Virus record (IMG/VR): IMGVR_UViG_3300045051_000172
Coordinates: 55,479-119,478 of that record
DNA: 64,000 nt
Direction: 5' to 3' (one strand)
DNA from: a virus
Position numbers and translations under genes: made by a program. The notes under the pieces are model-generated. The model was given only the letters and a program-made list of their open reading frames with translations, was not told the origin of the DNA and did no database searches. Shown one piece after another: positions 52,521-61,803 of this stretch; within the stretch, counting starts at the first letter, position 1; each line of letters begins with the position of its first letter.

Positions 52521-53354
52521 ATGTCGATAGAACGAGATGGAATCAAAGAATGTAACGAAATTGAAAATGCGGTTGAACCGCTAATCAATGTCGACGAGCT
52601 TAAGAAGCGTTGGCTATTTGGTATCGTCCCGATTAAAGACGAAACTGGAAATGATTTGCCTGATGAAAGCCTTCAGGCCTTCATCGATACTGCGATTTCG
52701 ATGCTTGAGCATGACTTAGATATTTCAATCATTCCTCGTCGAGTTGTTGAGCCCAAGGATTACTCCGAGACTGACTACTTCGAGTGGGGTTATTTCCATT
52801 TAAACAATATTCCGGTCATCAAGATCAATTCCCTCAAGGTCGTGTACCTTATCGACGAAGACGGAACAGAAGAAACTGTACTTGATATTCCTAAATCTTG
52901 GTTTAGGCTCACGGATCATGCGGGCGAGCTTCGATTGATTCCTAACAATAAGTTTCCAGCTAACCTCGCAATTGACTCAGCGGGCGCATTCTTTCCTGAG
53001 CTGTTTCGCCGTCACGGAATGGTCCCGCATCTGTGGAGAATTGATTATGAATACGGATTCAAGAATGGCAAAGTGCCAAAGCTTGTGAACGCTGCGATTG
53101 GTATGCTTGCTTCTATTATGGCAATGAACATCGCGGGCGATTTGAAGATCGGATCTGGTATTGCATCCACGTCATTGAACTTGGATGGACTTTCTCAAAC
53201 GATTAACTCAACGGCTTCTGCTGAGAATCACACTTACTCTGCAAAAGTCAAAGCTTATGGTGATACTCTGTTCGGTCAACCTGGCGGAAGAAATAACGGA
53301 GTCATTAAGATGCTCCGAGATTACTACAAAGGCTCCAGCTTCAATATCATCTAA
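52521..53354 (+). CDS. Head-tail connector / neck-like protein
   Basis: AISMLEHDLDI, IPVIKI, IDYEYGF and STSLNLDGLSQTI patterns resembling SPO1/K-type neck proteins. Confidence 0.6.
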   Translation: MSIERDGIKECNEIENAVEPLINVDELKKRWLFGIVPIKDETGNDLPDESLQAFIDTAISMLEHDLDISIIPRRVVEPKDYSETDYFEWGYFHLNNIPVIKINSLKVVYLIDEDGTEETVLDIPKSWFRLTDHAGELRLIPNNKFPANLAIDSAGAFFPELFRRHGMVPHLWRIDYEYGFKNGKVPKLVNAAIGMLASIMAMNIAGDLKIGSGIASTSLNLDGLSQTINSTASAENHTYSAKVKAYGDTLFGQPGGRNNGVIKMLRDYYKGSSFNII

Positions 53355-53362
53355 GGTGAAAT

Positions 53363-55084
53363 ATGAATTTAGATTTACTCAAAAGTTTAGAAGAAGCACT
53401 GAAGAAGGGAGAAGACTCTCCTTTTTACGTCGGCGTCGTTCTCTTGAACAGAACGCAAGATCTTATTCTTTTGGGCAAACGAACTGAAGACGGTCAATGG
53501 ACCGGACCCGGCGGAGGCGCTAGAGTTGGAGAGAATCCAAGAGATGCAGCTTGCCGAGAAGTATTCGAAGAGACTGGAATTCAAATTTCCCCGTCCCAAT
53601 TGGTAGATTTACCAAGCATGATGGCCCGCAACAATAAAGCGGTTCATTGCTATATGGTCACTGACTTTTCAATGGCCGAACCGACTCCCGCAAATGATCC
53701 CGACAACGAAGTTAAGAAATGGGTTTGGCATTCAATTGAAGAGAAGCTTCCTGAACCTATGACTGAAGGCCGAAAGACTAGCATTGTAAATGCAAAGCTT
53801 AAACTTCGAGGTCTTTTGAAATCTATCGTTTCGAATGAGAATATCCCAGGCGTTGATCTCAATACCGCTGAATACTCGATGGATGCCATGGCTGCCCGAG
53901 GCAGTGCCAAACTCAAGATGATGGAACAGATGATTGAGAACCTCAATCTCGGAAAGTTCGGAAGCGAGCCAGGCTCCTTTAATCTGGGTAATCAGAATCA
54001 GATTCACCTCTCCAAAGTAGACGAGGGAACTTTCTCAGGTTGGGTCAAGAATGCTGACAGTGAAGTCGTTCTGAAACTCGAAAAAATGCCGATCCCAAGT
54101 ATCCTCCAAGCCCTTGAAGCTAAACAACTTATTGATGATTCTTTCGCTCCGACAGCCGATCTTTCTGCCGACGTTGAACAGATTGTCGAGCAGCATGAAA
54201 AAGAATGGGAAGGCCAAGAAGGAACTCCTGCCGAGCAACAAGCGGACGCCGCTGCGTTCGAGCAAATTGAAGACTTAGTCCGTAAAGAAGAACCAATGGA
54301 ACAGCTTGGATCTTTACTCTCTGCCTTGAATGGTCCGAGAGAAGTTCATATTCATTTGCATAAAGCCGTGAATGAACTTGAAGACGCCCTAATTAAAGCT
54401 GACGACCGACCCAAAGATAAGGGCGGATTTCCCATTGGAACAGTTCGAATGCACGCTGACGGTGAAAAATACCGCAAGATTTCAGCCGGTCATTGGATGC
54501 GCGTAGTCGATCCAAAACAAGGAGAAGGCTCAGATAAGAAAGCCAAGGAAGGCGAAAAAGCTTCTCCCGTAACTAACCCTACGGCTCCCGCTGACAAAGC
54601 CGGTAAAGCGATGAAGATCTCGAAAGATGAACTCGAAATCAGCCTAACTCAAGGAAAGTTCGGAATGATCTCTTCGGGCCGCAACCCTAATTCTCCTAAG
54701 GATAAGCACATGAATTCCGAGGAATTATCGAAGCGCCACGAGAATCTGAAGAAAGATCTTGAATACGCAGGCCTTCATTATGTGGAAATGGAAGGCAACT
54801 ACGGAGAGAAAGAACCCTCTCTTTTAGTGCTCAATGGGGATAAACAACGCTTACAAGAGCTGGGCAAGAAGTATAACCAAGATTCCGTTATTTATGGAAA
54901 CAAGGGAACTCAGCAAATGATCTATACGACTGGCGAAAATGAGGGTAAAGCCCACTATGGTGAGGGCTTCAAAGAGACCCCCGACGCCAAGGAATACTAC
55001 TCCGAAATTCCCCTCAAAGGCGGCAAGAAAATGAAGTTTAGTTTGAATTTTGATTTTAATAGCATGAAAGACGCCAAGGATTAA
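53363..55084 (+). CDS. Multidomain putative internal head protein with an N-terminal Nudix hydrolase
   Basis: Nudix box GGGARVGENPRDAACREVFEETG; K-S/A motifs between domains; FPIGTVRMHADGEKYRK motif. Confidence 0.75.
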   Translation: MNLDLLKSLEEALKKGEDSPFYVGVVLLNRTQDLILLGKRTEDGQWTGPGGGARVGENPRDAACREVFEETGIQISPSQLVDLPSMMARNNKAVHCYMVTDFSMAEPTPANDPDNEVKKWVWHSIEEKLPEPMTEGRKTSIVNAKLKLRGLLKSIVSNENIPGVDLNTAEYSMDAMAARGSAKLKMMEQMIENLNLGKFGSEPGSFNLGNQNQIHLSKVDEGTFSGWVKNADSEVVLKLEKMPIPSILQALEAKQLIDDSFAPTADLSADVEQIVEQHEKEWEGQEGTPAEQQADAAAFEQIEDLVRKEEPMEQLGSLLSALNGPREVHIHLHKAVNELEDALIKADDRPKDKGGFPIGTVRMHADGEKYRKISAGHWMRVVDPKQGEGSDKKAKEGEKASPVTNPTAPADKAGKAMKISKDELEISLTQGKFGMISSGRNPNSPKDKHMNSEELSKRHENLKKDLEYAGLHYVEMEGNYGEKEPSLLVLNGDKQRLQELGKKYNQDSVIYGNKGTQQMIYTTGENEGKAHYGEGFKETPDAKEYYSEIPLKGGKKMKFSLNFDFNSMKDAKD

Positions 55085-55135
55085 AGAAAGCCCGGGTTTG
55101 CCGGTATAATCAGAGATGCTAGGAGTTGCTTGATT

Positions 55136-56530
55136 ATGAGCGATAAGATCGAAAAAGAGATTGAACAGTTAGCAGAAAGCCTTGAAAAAGCGGGCGCGTT
55201 AGCCGGTGAGGGCGTTAGAGGAGGCCAAATTATGGGCCATACTCCAACAGGCCAGCCAATCTATGAAAGCAATTTGCAAGCTCAAAAGCAATGGCGAGAG
55301 CAACATAAGAAGCCTTCCGCAAAAATCAAGAAGAACGAAAGTCCTGAAGATAAAGAAGAAGGCAAAGAAAAAGTTAAGAAATCCGAAGGGGAACTGACTA
55401 TGGAAGTTAAAGACACACTCAAAGGTATTTTGGCCCGAATTAATGAACTTGGACCCGATGGTCTCAAGAAAGCTGCGGCCCTTTTAACTCCTGAGCAAAA
55501 TGCACTGCTCAATAAGATTTTGACTAAGGCCCTTTCAATGGATAAAGAAGCCGTCAAAAAGCCCAAGAATGTTAAAGACCTTAATTCTCACGAGATTCCT
55601 AAGCAAGAAGGAGGCATAGATGAAGAAGATGAAAAATTGGTTAAACCGGAAGCGGACAGCCATCGTGCGCAAGGCGACAACTCTCCTGAAGGCATTGAAG
55701 GTCAAGTCATTAAAAGCGAAAAACCTGCTGTGCAAGGCGATCAAAAAGCTTATGGCGGTAAAGATGCTTCTTCGAACTATGTCGAAAAGTCTGAAGATGA
55801 AGTTGAAATGCCTAAGAAAAAGTTTAAAGAAGAGCATAAAAAGCTCGTTGAAGTCCTTGAAAGCCCTTCTCGCGAAGATGACAAAGAAGAAGCTAAAAAG
55901 CAAAAGAAAGAACTCAAGGAAGAAATGAATAAACCTGAGAAGGAAGACAAGAAAATGAAGAAGTCTGAAGTTTTAGAAGAAATCTATAAGTCGGATGAAA
56001 AACTCTCTGAGCTTTGCAGCAAATGTATGAGCAAAGGAATGAAGAAAGAAAAGTTCCTTGAAAAAGCCAGTGAAATGGGCTGGGATGTTAAGAAATGTGA
56101 TATGGCTTGGAGCCGATCTGAAAAAGCCGCTCAAAAGCCTATGAAGAAATCTATTGAATGGAACGATTGGACTGCTGATGCTTTTGGTATCGGTGCCAAA
56201 CGAGGCCGCAATTTCCATGTGTCGGGTAACGACGTTGAAATTGAAAAACAAGAGACTTCGACTAAAGAAACTCTCAAAAAAGGTGAATATCTTAATGAGT
56301 TCACCCACGAAGTATTTGCCAAATCTGACAACAAGAAAGTTTCGATCAATGATTTGATCGAGAAGAGTCTTGATCGTGATTCTTGCACAGTTGAAGAGAT
56401 TTACCAACACGTTACTGGTAAGAAAGCTCCCAAGACTGCAGTTCTGACCAAGAGCTTTGATGATTCTGAAATCGAAGCAGCTCTCGGAATTGATTCCAAG
56501 AAAGCGGAAGAGATTTTAGGTAAAAAATAA
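55136..56530 (+). CDS. Highly charged putative internal head protein
   Basis: E/K-rich with many xxKS motifs; GVRGGQIMGHTPTGQPIY motif. Confidence 0.65.
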   Translation: MSDKIEKEIEQLAESLEKAGALAGEGVRGGQIMGHTPTGQPIYESNLQAQKQWREQHKKPSAKIKKNESPEDKEEGKEKVKKSEGELTMEVKDTLKGILARINELGPDGLKKAAALLTPEQNALLNKILTKALSMDKEAVKKPKNVKDLNSHEIPKQEGGIDEEDEKLVKPEADSHRAQGDNSPEGIEGQVIKSEKPAVQGDQKAYGGKDASSNYVEKSEDEVEMPKKKFKEEHKKLVEVLESPSREDDKEEAKKQKKELKEEMNKPEKEDKKMKKSEVLEEIYKSDEKLSELCSKCMSKGMKKEKFLEKASEMGWDVKKCDMAWSRSEKAAQKPMKKSIEWNDWTADAFGIGAKRGRNFHVSGNDVEIEKQETSTKETLKKGEYLNEFTHEVFAKSDNKKVSINDLIEKSLDRDSCTVEEIYQHVTGKKAPKTAVLTKSFDDSEIEAALGIDSKKAEEILGKK

Positions 56531-56540
56531 GGAGTGAGCC

Positions 56541-57356
56541 ATGGCCCCTCCAAATAAGCCAAATCCTCCCGGATGGCCCTCCAGCGGTTCCAAACCGGCT
56601 GCGACTTTGCCTAACAATGCAGTTCCCAATACCAAGCGCGTCGACTTTAGACTTGAAGACTTTGACTTGTTCATCAAGCAAAAAGGTATTCGAGTTAAAG
56701 TTTATCGTTCATTGCTTTGCCCTAATGTGAAATCCATTGACTCCGCTGAACATGAGATTGATTGTCCCCTCTGTCTTGGAATGCAATTCATTGACGTGAA
56801 TCCAATTGATTGCTGGGCTGCCCCTCAATCAGACGACCTCAAGAAGAAACAATTCTCTGAGGGTCTATATGACAAGAACATGATTACCCTCACGTTCGAG
56901 CGCGGCATCGACCTGCAATATTTCACTCTTGTGGAGCTTTGTGACTTCACGGATATCTTCTTTGAGAGAGTCAAACGCCAACGCGGTCAAACTGATGTGC
57001 TCAAGTACAAAGCAACCTGTGTCAATGTGTTGGTTGATTCCGAAGGAAAACAACACTACAATGGTCAAGACTTTGATTTAGATCCTAACGGTTCTATCAA
57101 ATGGAGAGTCGATAAGGGCCCTGAGTCTGGCTCAATCTATTCAGTTCACTATCACATGCGAAAACAATACCGCGCAGTTGAAGCTCAACACGTTGATCGA
57201 TACACCCAAGTGTTAAATAAAAACAACGGGGGCAAGATTGAGATGCTTAAACTCTACGAAGAGTGGAAGTTACAGAAGGAATATTTTGTTGAGCGTAAAG
57301 ATCTCAAGGGCAATCCCCTGTCTCCCAATCTCATTCGAGATGAAGACGAAGATTAA
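56541..57356 (+). CDS. Neck/tail-completion-like virion protein with a Cys cluster
   Basis: LLCPN...DCPLCLG; resembles conserved SPO1/K-type virion proteins. Confidence 0.55.
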   Translation: MAPPNKPNPPGWPSSGSKPAATLPNNAVPNTKRVDFRLEDFDLFIKQKGIRVKVYRSLLCPNVKSIDSAEHEIDCPLCLGMQFIDVNPIDCWAAPQSDDLKKKQFSEGLYDKNMITLTFERGIDLQYFTLVELCDFTDIFFERVKRQRGQTDVLKYKATCVNVLVDSEGKQHYNGQDFDLDPNGSIKWRVDKGPESGSIYSVHYHMRKQYRAVEAQHVDRYTQVLNKNNGGKIEMLKLYEEWKLQKEYFVERKDLKGNPLSPNLIRDEDED

Positions 57357-57553
57357 TAGCCCCTACTAGGATCTAAATTAACTTCCCGTTCCCCATCTAA
57401 CTCGTCTTGAATGATTTCGTTTAGACTTCCATCTCGAATACTTAAAACTTTCATTCCGTGCCAGGTTTCTTTTCGTTGATGAGCAAACCAAACAATATTT
57501 GCATCGGTTTGATCCTGTATTTCAAAGCTGACAGTTATTTTACGTTTCTTCAT
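57353..57553 (-). CDS. Hypothetical protein
   Basis: 66 aa ORF, last gene of the minus-strand block. Confidence 0.55.
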   Translation of the reverse strand: MKKRKITVSFEIQDQTDANIVWFAHQRKETWHGMKVLSIRDGSLNEIIQDELDGEREVNLDPSRGY

Positions 57554-57788
57554 TTGTACTCCTATCTTTGACGACGGCTATTGATGGATTAGTTACAGTT
57601 ATAAATTTGTATTTGCTTCCACATTCGGGGCAAGTTTCTGACTCTCTTCCAATTAAATCTTTTGATATGTCAGAAGGGACATCGTAGAGATTATATGCAT
57701 GAAGAGTGCAGTCTCCTGATTTGGACTGCTCCTCAATCTCGTGATTGCAATTAGGGCAATTAAAGTAAATTGAATCATACATTCCCAT
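57540..57788 (-). CDS. Small zinc-binding protein
   Basis: MGMYDSIYFNCPNC...QSKSGDC...CPECG; AAGGAG SD. Confidence 0.7.
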   Translation of the reverse strand: MGMYDSIYFNCPNCNHEIEEQSKSGDCTLHAYNLYDVPSDISKDLIGRESETCPECGSKYKFITVTNPSIAVVKDRSTNEET

Positions 57789-57789
57789 G

Positions 57790-58281
57790 TCATGCTCCTT
57801 TCGAAAACAATTCCTGAATGTACCAAGGTTTGTTGGGGCCGTAAACATTCTTGAGATAAGCCGGATACATCAAGCTGTACGGCTCGATGCAAACATTTCC
57901 ATTGCGAACTCGGCAACGCTCGTCGTGAGGTAAATTCAGCAAACAATGGCCCAGCTCATGGTAAAGCAATCCTTCTTTATCTTCATCGGAGGCCTCATAA
58001 AAAAACTTATCCTCAATGACTATCTGTCTCAGACCTGCGGAATTCTGAAAACAATAGCCAATACGCTTAGGAGCATCGGGGGTAGCCGTCACACCGAAAA
58101 CAACAGTCAAATCTCTCAACTTAACTGTGCGCCCAACTGAGTCAGCATCTTGAACAAAACGAGTGACGTACTCAACAAGAATAGGATCTCCGTCAATAAT
58201 GGGAGATCGGAACTCATTTGAATTGTCAGGTCCGCACGCCGACAAACTTACAACAAATGAGGCTAGATAAATCCATTGCAT
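57790..58281 (-). CDS. Lipoprotein zinc metallopeptidase (matrixin-like)
   Basis: Lipobox LSAC; HELGHCLLNLPH and SLMYP Met-turn. Confidence 0.8.
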   Translation of the reverse strand: MQWIYLASFVVSLSACGPDNSNEFRSPIIDGDPILVEYVTRFVQDADSVGRTVKLRDLTVVFGVTATPDAPKRIGYCFQNSAGLRQIVIEDKFFYEASDEDKEGLLYHELGHCLLNLPHDERCRVRNGNVCIEPYSLMYPAYLKNVYGPNKPWYIQELFSKGA

Positions 58282-58314
58282 GTTATATCTCCCAGAAATT
58301 AAGTTCAACAAAAC

Positions 58315-59013
58315 GGAAAACAATAGACGAAAGTGATTGAACTAATTTCATTGTATTTTCCTATTTGGAATCTGTTGGAAGTTTGGATTCCTATTCGAAA
58401 ATCTCCCAACAACTGAAGTTGAATAGAGTAGAACTGGAATCTTAACATCAGGGCCCGCGCCCTCAAGAATTGCAGCAACTCTATGGTGACCGTCCATAAT
58501 ATGACGGTTGACCACAATGATTGGCCCCGCTGCGCGTTTCGCCACATGATATGGATCGAACTCGGCAATAGCGACTCTCATTCTGTGGTGTTCATGGTCT
58601 ACTAGTACGTCGTGACTCGCAATTAGATCGCCCACTCGAACGCTAGTTTCGTAACAGTGAAAGACATTTACTTCTCGGTTGAGCACTCGGAAGTATTGCA
58701 ACGCGAGTGTTGGCTTCTTGACGATGAAGACCATACGTTGCAGAAGATCCCGAGTTGTGTAACGTGCGACTGCGATGCGCAAGTTCTCTAAGAAGCCAAA
58801 GGTATAAGGGAGACGATAAGAGTTCTTTCGCCCCAAGCCTGCCCATCTGAGAATCAACGCGAGGCTAAGTTGGGCCGCACCGAATAGTATCAAGCCTATG
58901 TTACTAAACAATTTCATTGTTACAATCCTCCAATAAAGTGAAAACAATTCGGAAAACAATAGATAACTGGGAGCCCTCTCGAATTGTTTGTTAGGTTTTT
59001 GGAAAACAATAGA
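58315..59013 (-). repeat. 13-bp direct repeat TCTATTGTTTTCC x3 in intergenic DNA
   Basis: Plus-strand GGAAAACAATAGA at 58315, 58951 and 59001. Confidence 0.8.
58348..58917 (-). CDS. ParB/Srx-like domain protein with an N-terminal hydrophobic segment
   Basis: IMDGHHRVAA motif; GGAGG SD. Confidence 0.6.
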   Translation of the reverse strand: MKLFSNIGLILFGAAQLSLALILRWAGLGRKNSYRLPYTFGFLENLRIAVARYTTRDLLQRMVFIVKKPTLALQYFRVLNREVNVFHCYETSVRVGDLIASHDVLVDHEHHRMRVAIAEFDPYHVAKRAAGPIIVVNRHIMDGHHRVAAILEGAGPDVKIPVLLYSTSVVGRFSNRNPNFQQIPNRKIQ

Positions 59014-59020
59014 TTCATGG

Positions 59021-59236
59021 TCAAATTTCCTCTGCAGTTACTTTAAAAATTTTGAACTTGCAGTTTGAAACTACAATTCCGTTTTCGATATCAAACTTAA
59101 TAACCTCTTTGACTTCCTTGGCCGTCTTGTGTAGGGTAAGGCCCTGGATCGCGTAATATTCTTCAATCGTATGCTCCAAAGATTCAGAAGCAATTCGATA
59201 ACCAAATCCCAAAACTTTCTTTTTAGTGCGTTTCAT
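59021..59236 (-). CDS. Hypothetical protein
   Basis: 71 aa ORF in a coupled minus-strand block. Confidence 0.6.
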   Translation of the reverse strand: MKRTKKKVLGFGYRIASESLEHTIEEYYAIQGLTLHKTAKEVKEVIKFDIENGIVVSNCKFKIFKVTAEEI

Positions 59237-59477
59237 AATTGAGGCCTCCTTTAGTCGACTCCAATTTCTTGACTTCGACCACGCTATGATTCTTTAAAAA
59301 GAGAGTTGCTTCAAAAATATGGTTGCCAGAAACCTCTTCGTAAAATTGACTCAACTCTGCATATTTTTCAAACTTAAATTTTAAAGTCTGACCTTTTTGC
59401 ATACCTCGCAGCGTCAAAAAAGCTTCACTGGCTGTTGCAAAGGTTGGGATCTTGGGGAGTTCAATTAAGTTGCTCAC
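59223..59477 (-). CDS. Hypothetical protein
   Basis: 84 aa ORF, coupled. Confidence 0.6.
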   Translation of the reverse strand: MSNLIELPKIPTFATASEAFLTLRGMQKGQTLKFKFEKYAELSQFYEEVSGNHIFEATLFLKNHSVVEVKKLESTKGGLNYETH

Positions 59478-59680
59478 GCTTCAGTCTCCTTGTACTCGTT
59501 CGCAACCTGGCACATATTCCAGTACATTCGGGCGCTAATATCATAGGCCTTAAGTACATTCTTTAGTGCGATAGCGCCGGGATATCCGTCACGTTTCAGT
59601 GCTGCTTGTTCAATATCAATCCGGGCAAGTAAATCAACTTGACGCTCTAATGCTAACTTGTGTCCTAAATCAAAGTTCAT
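59474..59680 (-). CDS. Hypothetical protein
   Basis: 68 aa ORF, coupled. Confidence 0.6.
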   Translation of the reverse strand: MNFDLGHKLALERQVDLLARIDIEQAALKRDGYPGAIALKNVLKAYDISARMYWNMCQVANEYKETEA

Positions 59681-59925
59681 TGTTCTGTCTCCTCTTCAGT
59701 TTCGTGAATCTCTCCGCAGTCTTCGCAGATGCCTGACTCTTGTATAATCACTTGACAGACTGATTCCACAATCGCTTTTGCATTGAAGAACGGGCCCGCC
59801 GCGATTATAGTTTCCATCCTTGCGGCGTCTGAGTTATCTATCATTCGATTGAAACTCTCGATTGACTGCTCAAGGATGTTAGACACTGACGCTTTGATTA
59901 GTTCTTTCTCTTCTTTAGAATTCAT
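59677..59925 (-). CDS. Hypothetical protein
   Basis: 82 aa; C-terminal CEDCGEIH. Confidence 0.6.
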   Translation of the reverse strand: MNSKEEKELIKASVSNILEQSIESFNRMIDNSDAARMETIIAAGPFFNAKAIVESVCQVIIQESGICEDCGEIHETEEETEQ

Positions 59926-59927
59926 GA

Positions 59928-60884
59928 TTAGGCACCTTTCACTAGTCTAAGGTTGTTCAGACCTTGGTTGAATCTCGAAACGAACTTCTTTACTTCTGGG
60001 ACCTCTTCAGCTCGCACGGAAAATTTACGGTCATGACTGTAATAGCCGGGCTCTTCGGCGTCGATATCTGTCAACTTAACGAACTTCGGGCCTTTATTTA
60101 CTTTCGTCAGAGTAAACTTGAGAATAGACGGGTGACTTGAATAGGTTGAGTTAGACATTTTCCCAATCTCAAGAGTCGTCTCGGTTTCGTTCACAAACTT
60201 AGGGAATACATAGGACCGAAAGTTATAATCGAAAATCTCAAGTAAAGTGAGGCCAACATTTGCGAAAACAACAGTCAACTTGTCGCGATCCCCGTTCCAA
60301 ATTGTGTCAACTAAAGCACGATAAGGCTTCAATTGCTTCTCTTGATATCTAGCCCAAATTCGGTCAACTCGTCTCTCTTCTTGTGGAGTTTGGTTTTTCT
60401 CATGGAATACATTCGGGCGTTCTAATCCAGCGGGGTCGAATATCTCGTTTAGTCGACTGCGAAGATCGCTAAAAAATCCAATCTCATTGTCGACGTTATG
60501 AATATTTTTAGGGATTGAGACATTTTGAATCTTGCCTTTTGCATCACGATATCGAATCAAAATCTCGTCACGCAACTGCACGTCGAAATAGCCCCGGTCT
60601 CTTAGATCGGGATGCGTTCTAAGATTTGCATAGATTTCGAGCGTGTCGCAGCTTCGACCGTTTCCTTTAAAAAGCCGCAAATCTTTCACGTCAAAAATAT
60701 CAGTGCGCAAAGTCATGCCAAGCGTGTCACCGTTGAAATCCTGGTCAATCCCATGGGCGGGCTCAAAGCGGGTATATTCCACACTCAGGGCATTCAATCC
60801 ATCCCAACTATTGATGCTCTCAGTCAAGCGGGCTTGGATCTTCTTTAGGTTGTTTGCTTTCAAAGTTTCGTGTAAGTTTCTCAT
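59928..60884 (-). CDS. Hypothetical protein
   Basis: 318 aa ORF with AAGGAG SD. Confidence 0.75.
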   Translation of the reverse strand: MRNLHETLKANNLKKIQARLTESINSWDGLNALSVEYTRFEPAHGIDQDFNGDTLGMTLRTDIFDVKDLRLFKGNGRSCDTLEIYANLRTHPDLRDRGYFDVQLRDEILIRYRDAKGKIQNVSIPKNIHNVDNEIGFFSDLRSRLNEIFDPAGLERPNVFHEKNQTPQEERRVDRIWARYQEKQLKPYRALVDTIWNGDRDKLTVVFANVGLTLLEIFDYNFRSYVFPKFVNETETTLEIGKMSNSTYSSHPSILKFTLTKVNKGPKFVKLTDIDAEEPGYYSHDRKFSVRAEEVPEVKKFVSRFNQGLNNLRLVKGA

Positions 60885-60908
60885 GGTTACGTCTCCTTTA
60901 AAGTTAGA

Positions 60909-61565
60909 TTATCCGGGGTAGTACTGGGCAGCTTCTTTAGTGATCTTCTTTAAAAATGCTGCAAGTTTTTTGGGGTCTAAAGTTTCAATTTCGAAAGTCT
61001 TTACTTGGTCATAACCTCGGTGATAAGGCGCATCGTCGAATTCAAACATGATATCGACCGTAAAGGTGCCCTCTCCGTCATACATGACGCGCGCTTCGTG
61101 AAAGGTGCGGGCCCCGTCGTATTGTTCTAAAAATTCCAGCTCATAACTCGCAAACTCTTCTGCAAGTTGAAATGAAGCCTTTTCAATTCCGTGATAATTC
61201 ACGTCTTCATTCTTTACGCCTAAATCTGAGAGGGTTTCAGCATACTTTTCAAGGAATGCCTCTTTTGCATCTTCCAATAGTGAATCAATGCGGGCCTGAA
61301 CTTTCTTTTCGACTCCCTTGTCAAGTAAGACCGTATAGAGCGGGTCACCAATGTGGAAGTCGTAAAGGCTCTTGAATGTGGTTACATGCAAGCCGCCCCT
61401 ATTCCAAGAGTGCGGAATGAAGCCCGAACGGCTTCGACACTCAAGCTCTTCAGTCTCTCCGCCGAACGTGTCTTCTAACCAATTTTTGACCACGTCTTGA
61501 GTTACTTGGGGGAGTTGATCGAAATAGTCTGCTTCGTTTGAAAGTTTTTTGAGGTTTGAACGCAT
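60909..61565 (-). CDS. Hypothetical acidic protein
   Basis: 218 aa ORF with AGGAG SD. Confidence 0.75.
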   Translation of the reverse strand: MRSNLKKLSNEADYFDQLPQVTQDVVKNWLEDTFGGETEELECRSRSGFIPHSWNRGGLHVTTFKSLYDFHIGDPLYTVLLDKGVEKKVQARIDSLLEDAKEAFLEKYAETLSDLGVKNEDVNYHGIEKASFQLAEEFASYELEFLEQYDGARTFHEARVMYDGEGTFTVDIMFEFDDAPYHRGYDQVKTFEIETLDPKKLAAFLKKITKEAAQYYPG

Positions 61566-61566
61566 G

Positions 61567-61803
61567 TTACTCTCCTAATCCTGCGACTCGGTTGGCCGCG
61601 ATAGTGTTGACGGTTGCGTACACAATCGAATGAAACTTGGTAGTGCCCCAGCGATAGTCTTTAGAGAATCTGAAGCCCGTGACGTAAAGCACGGGAGAGA
61701 TTGCCACGCCTAAAGCGGTCTTCGCTAAATAGGCCCAATCTTCGGGGGTCTTTAGATATTCACTTGCGATCTTAAGTTCTAGTTTGGCTTGCGTTAAGTT
61801 CAT
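61567..61803 (-). CDS. Hypothetical protein, first gene after the sigma-54 site
   Basis: 78 aa ORF. Confidence 0.6.
   Translation of the reverse strand: MNLTQAKLELKIASEYLKTPEDWAYLAKTALGVAISPVLYVTGFRFSKDYRWGTTKFHSIVYATVNTIAANRVAGLGE

Noticed and set aside
44465-57356. Assignment of tail morphology (myovirus)
   Set aside because: No sheath, tube, tape measure or baseplate gene is recognisable in this window, so tail type cannot be called.
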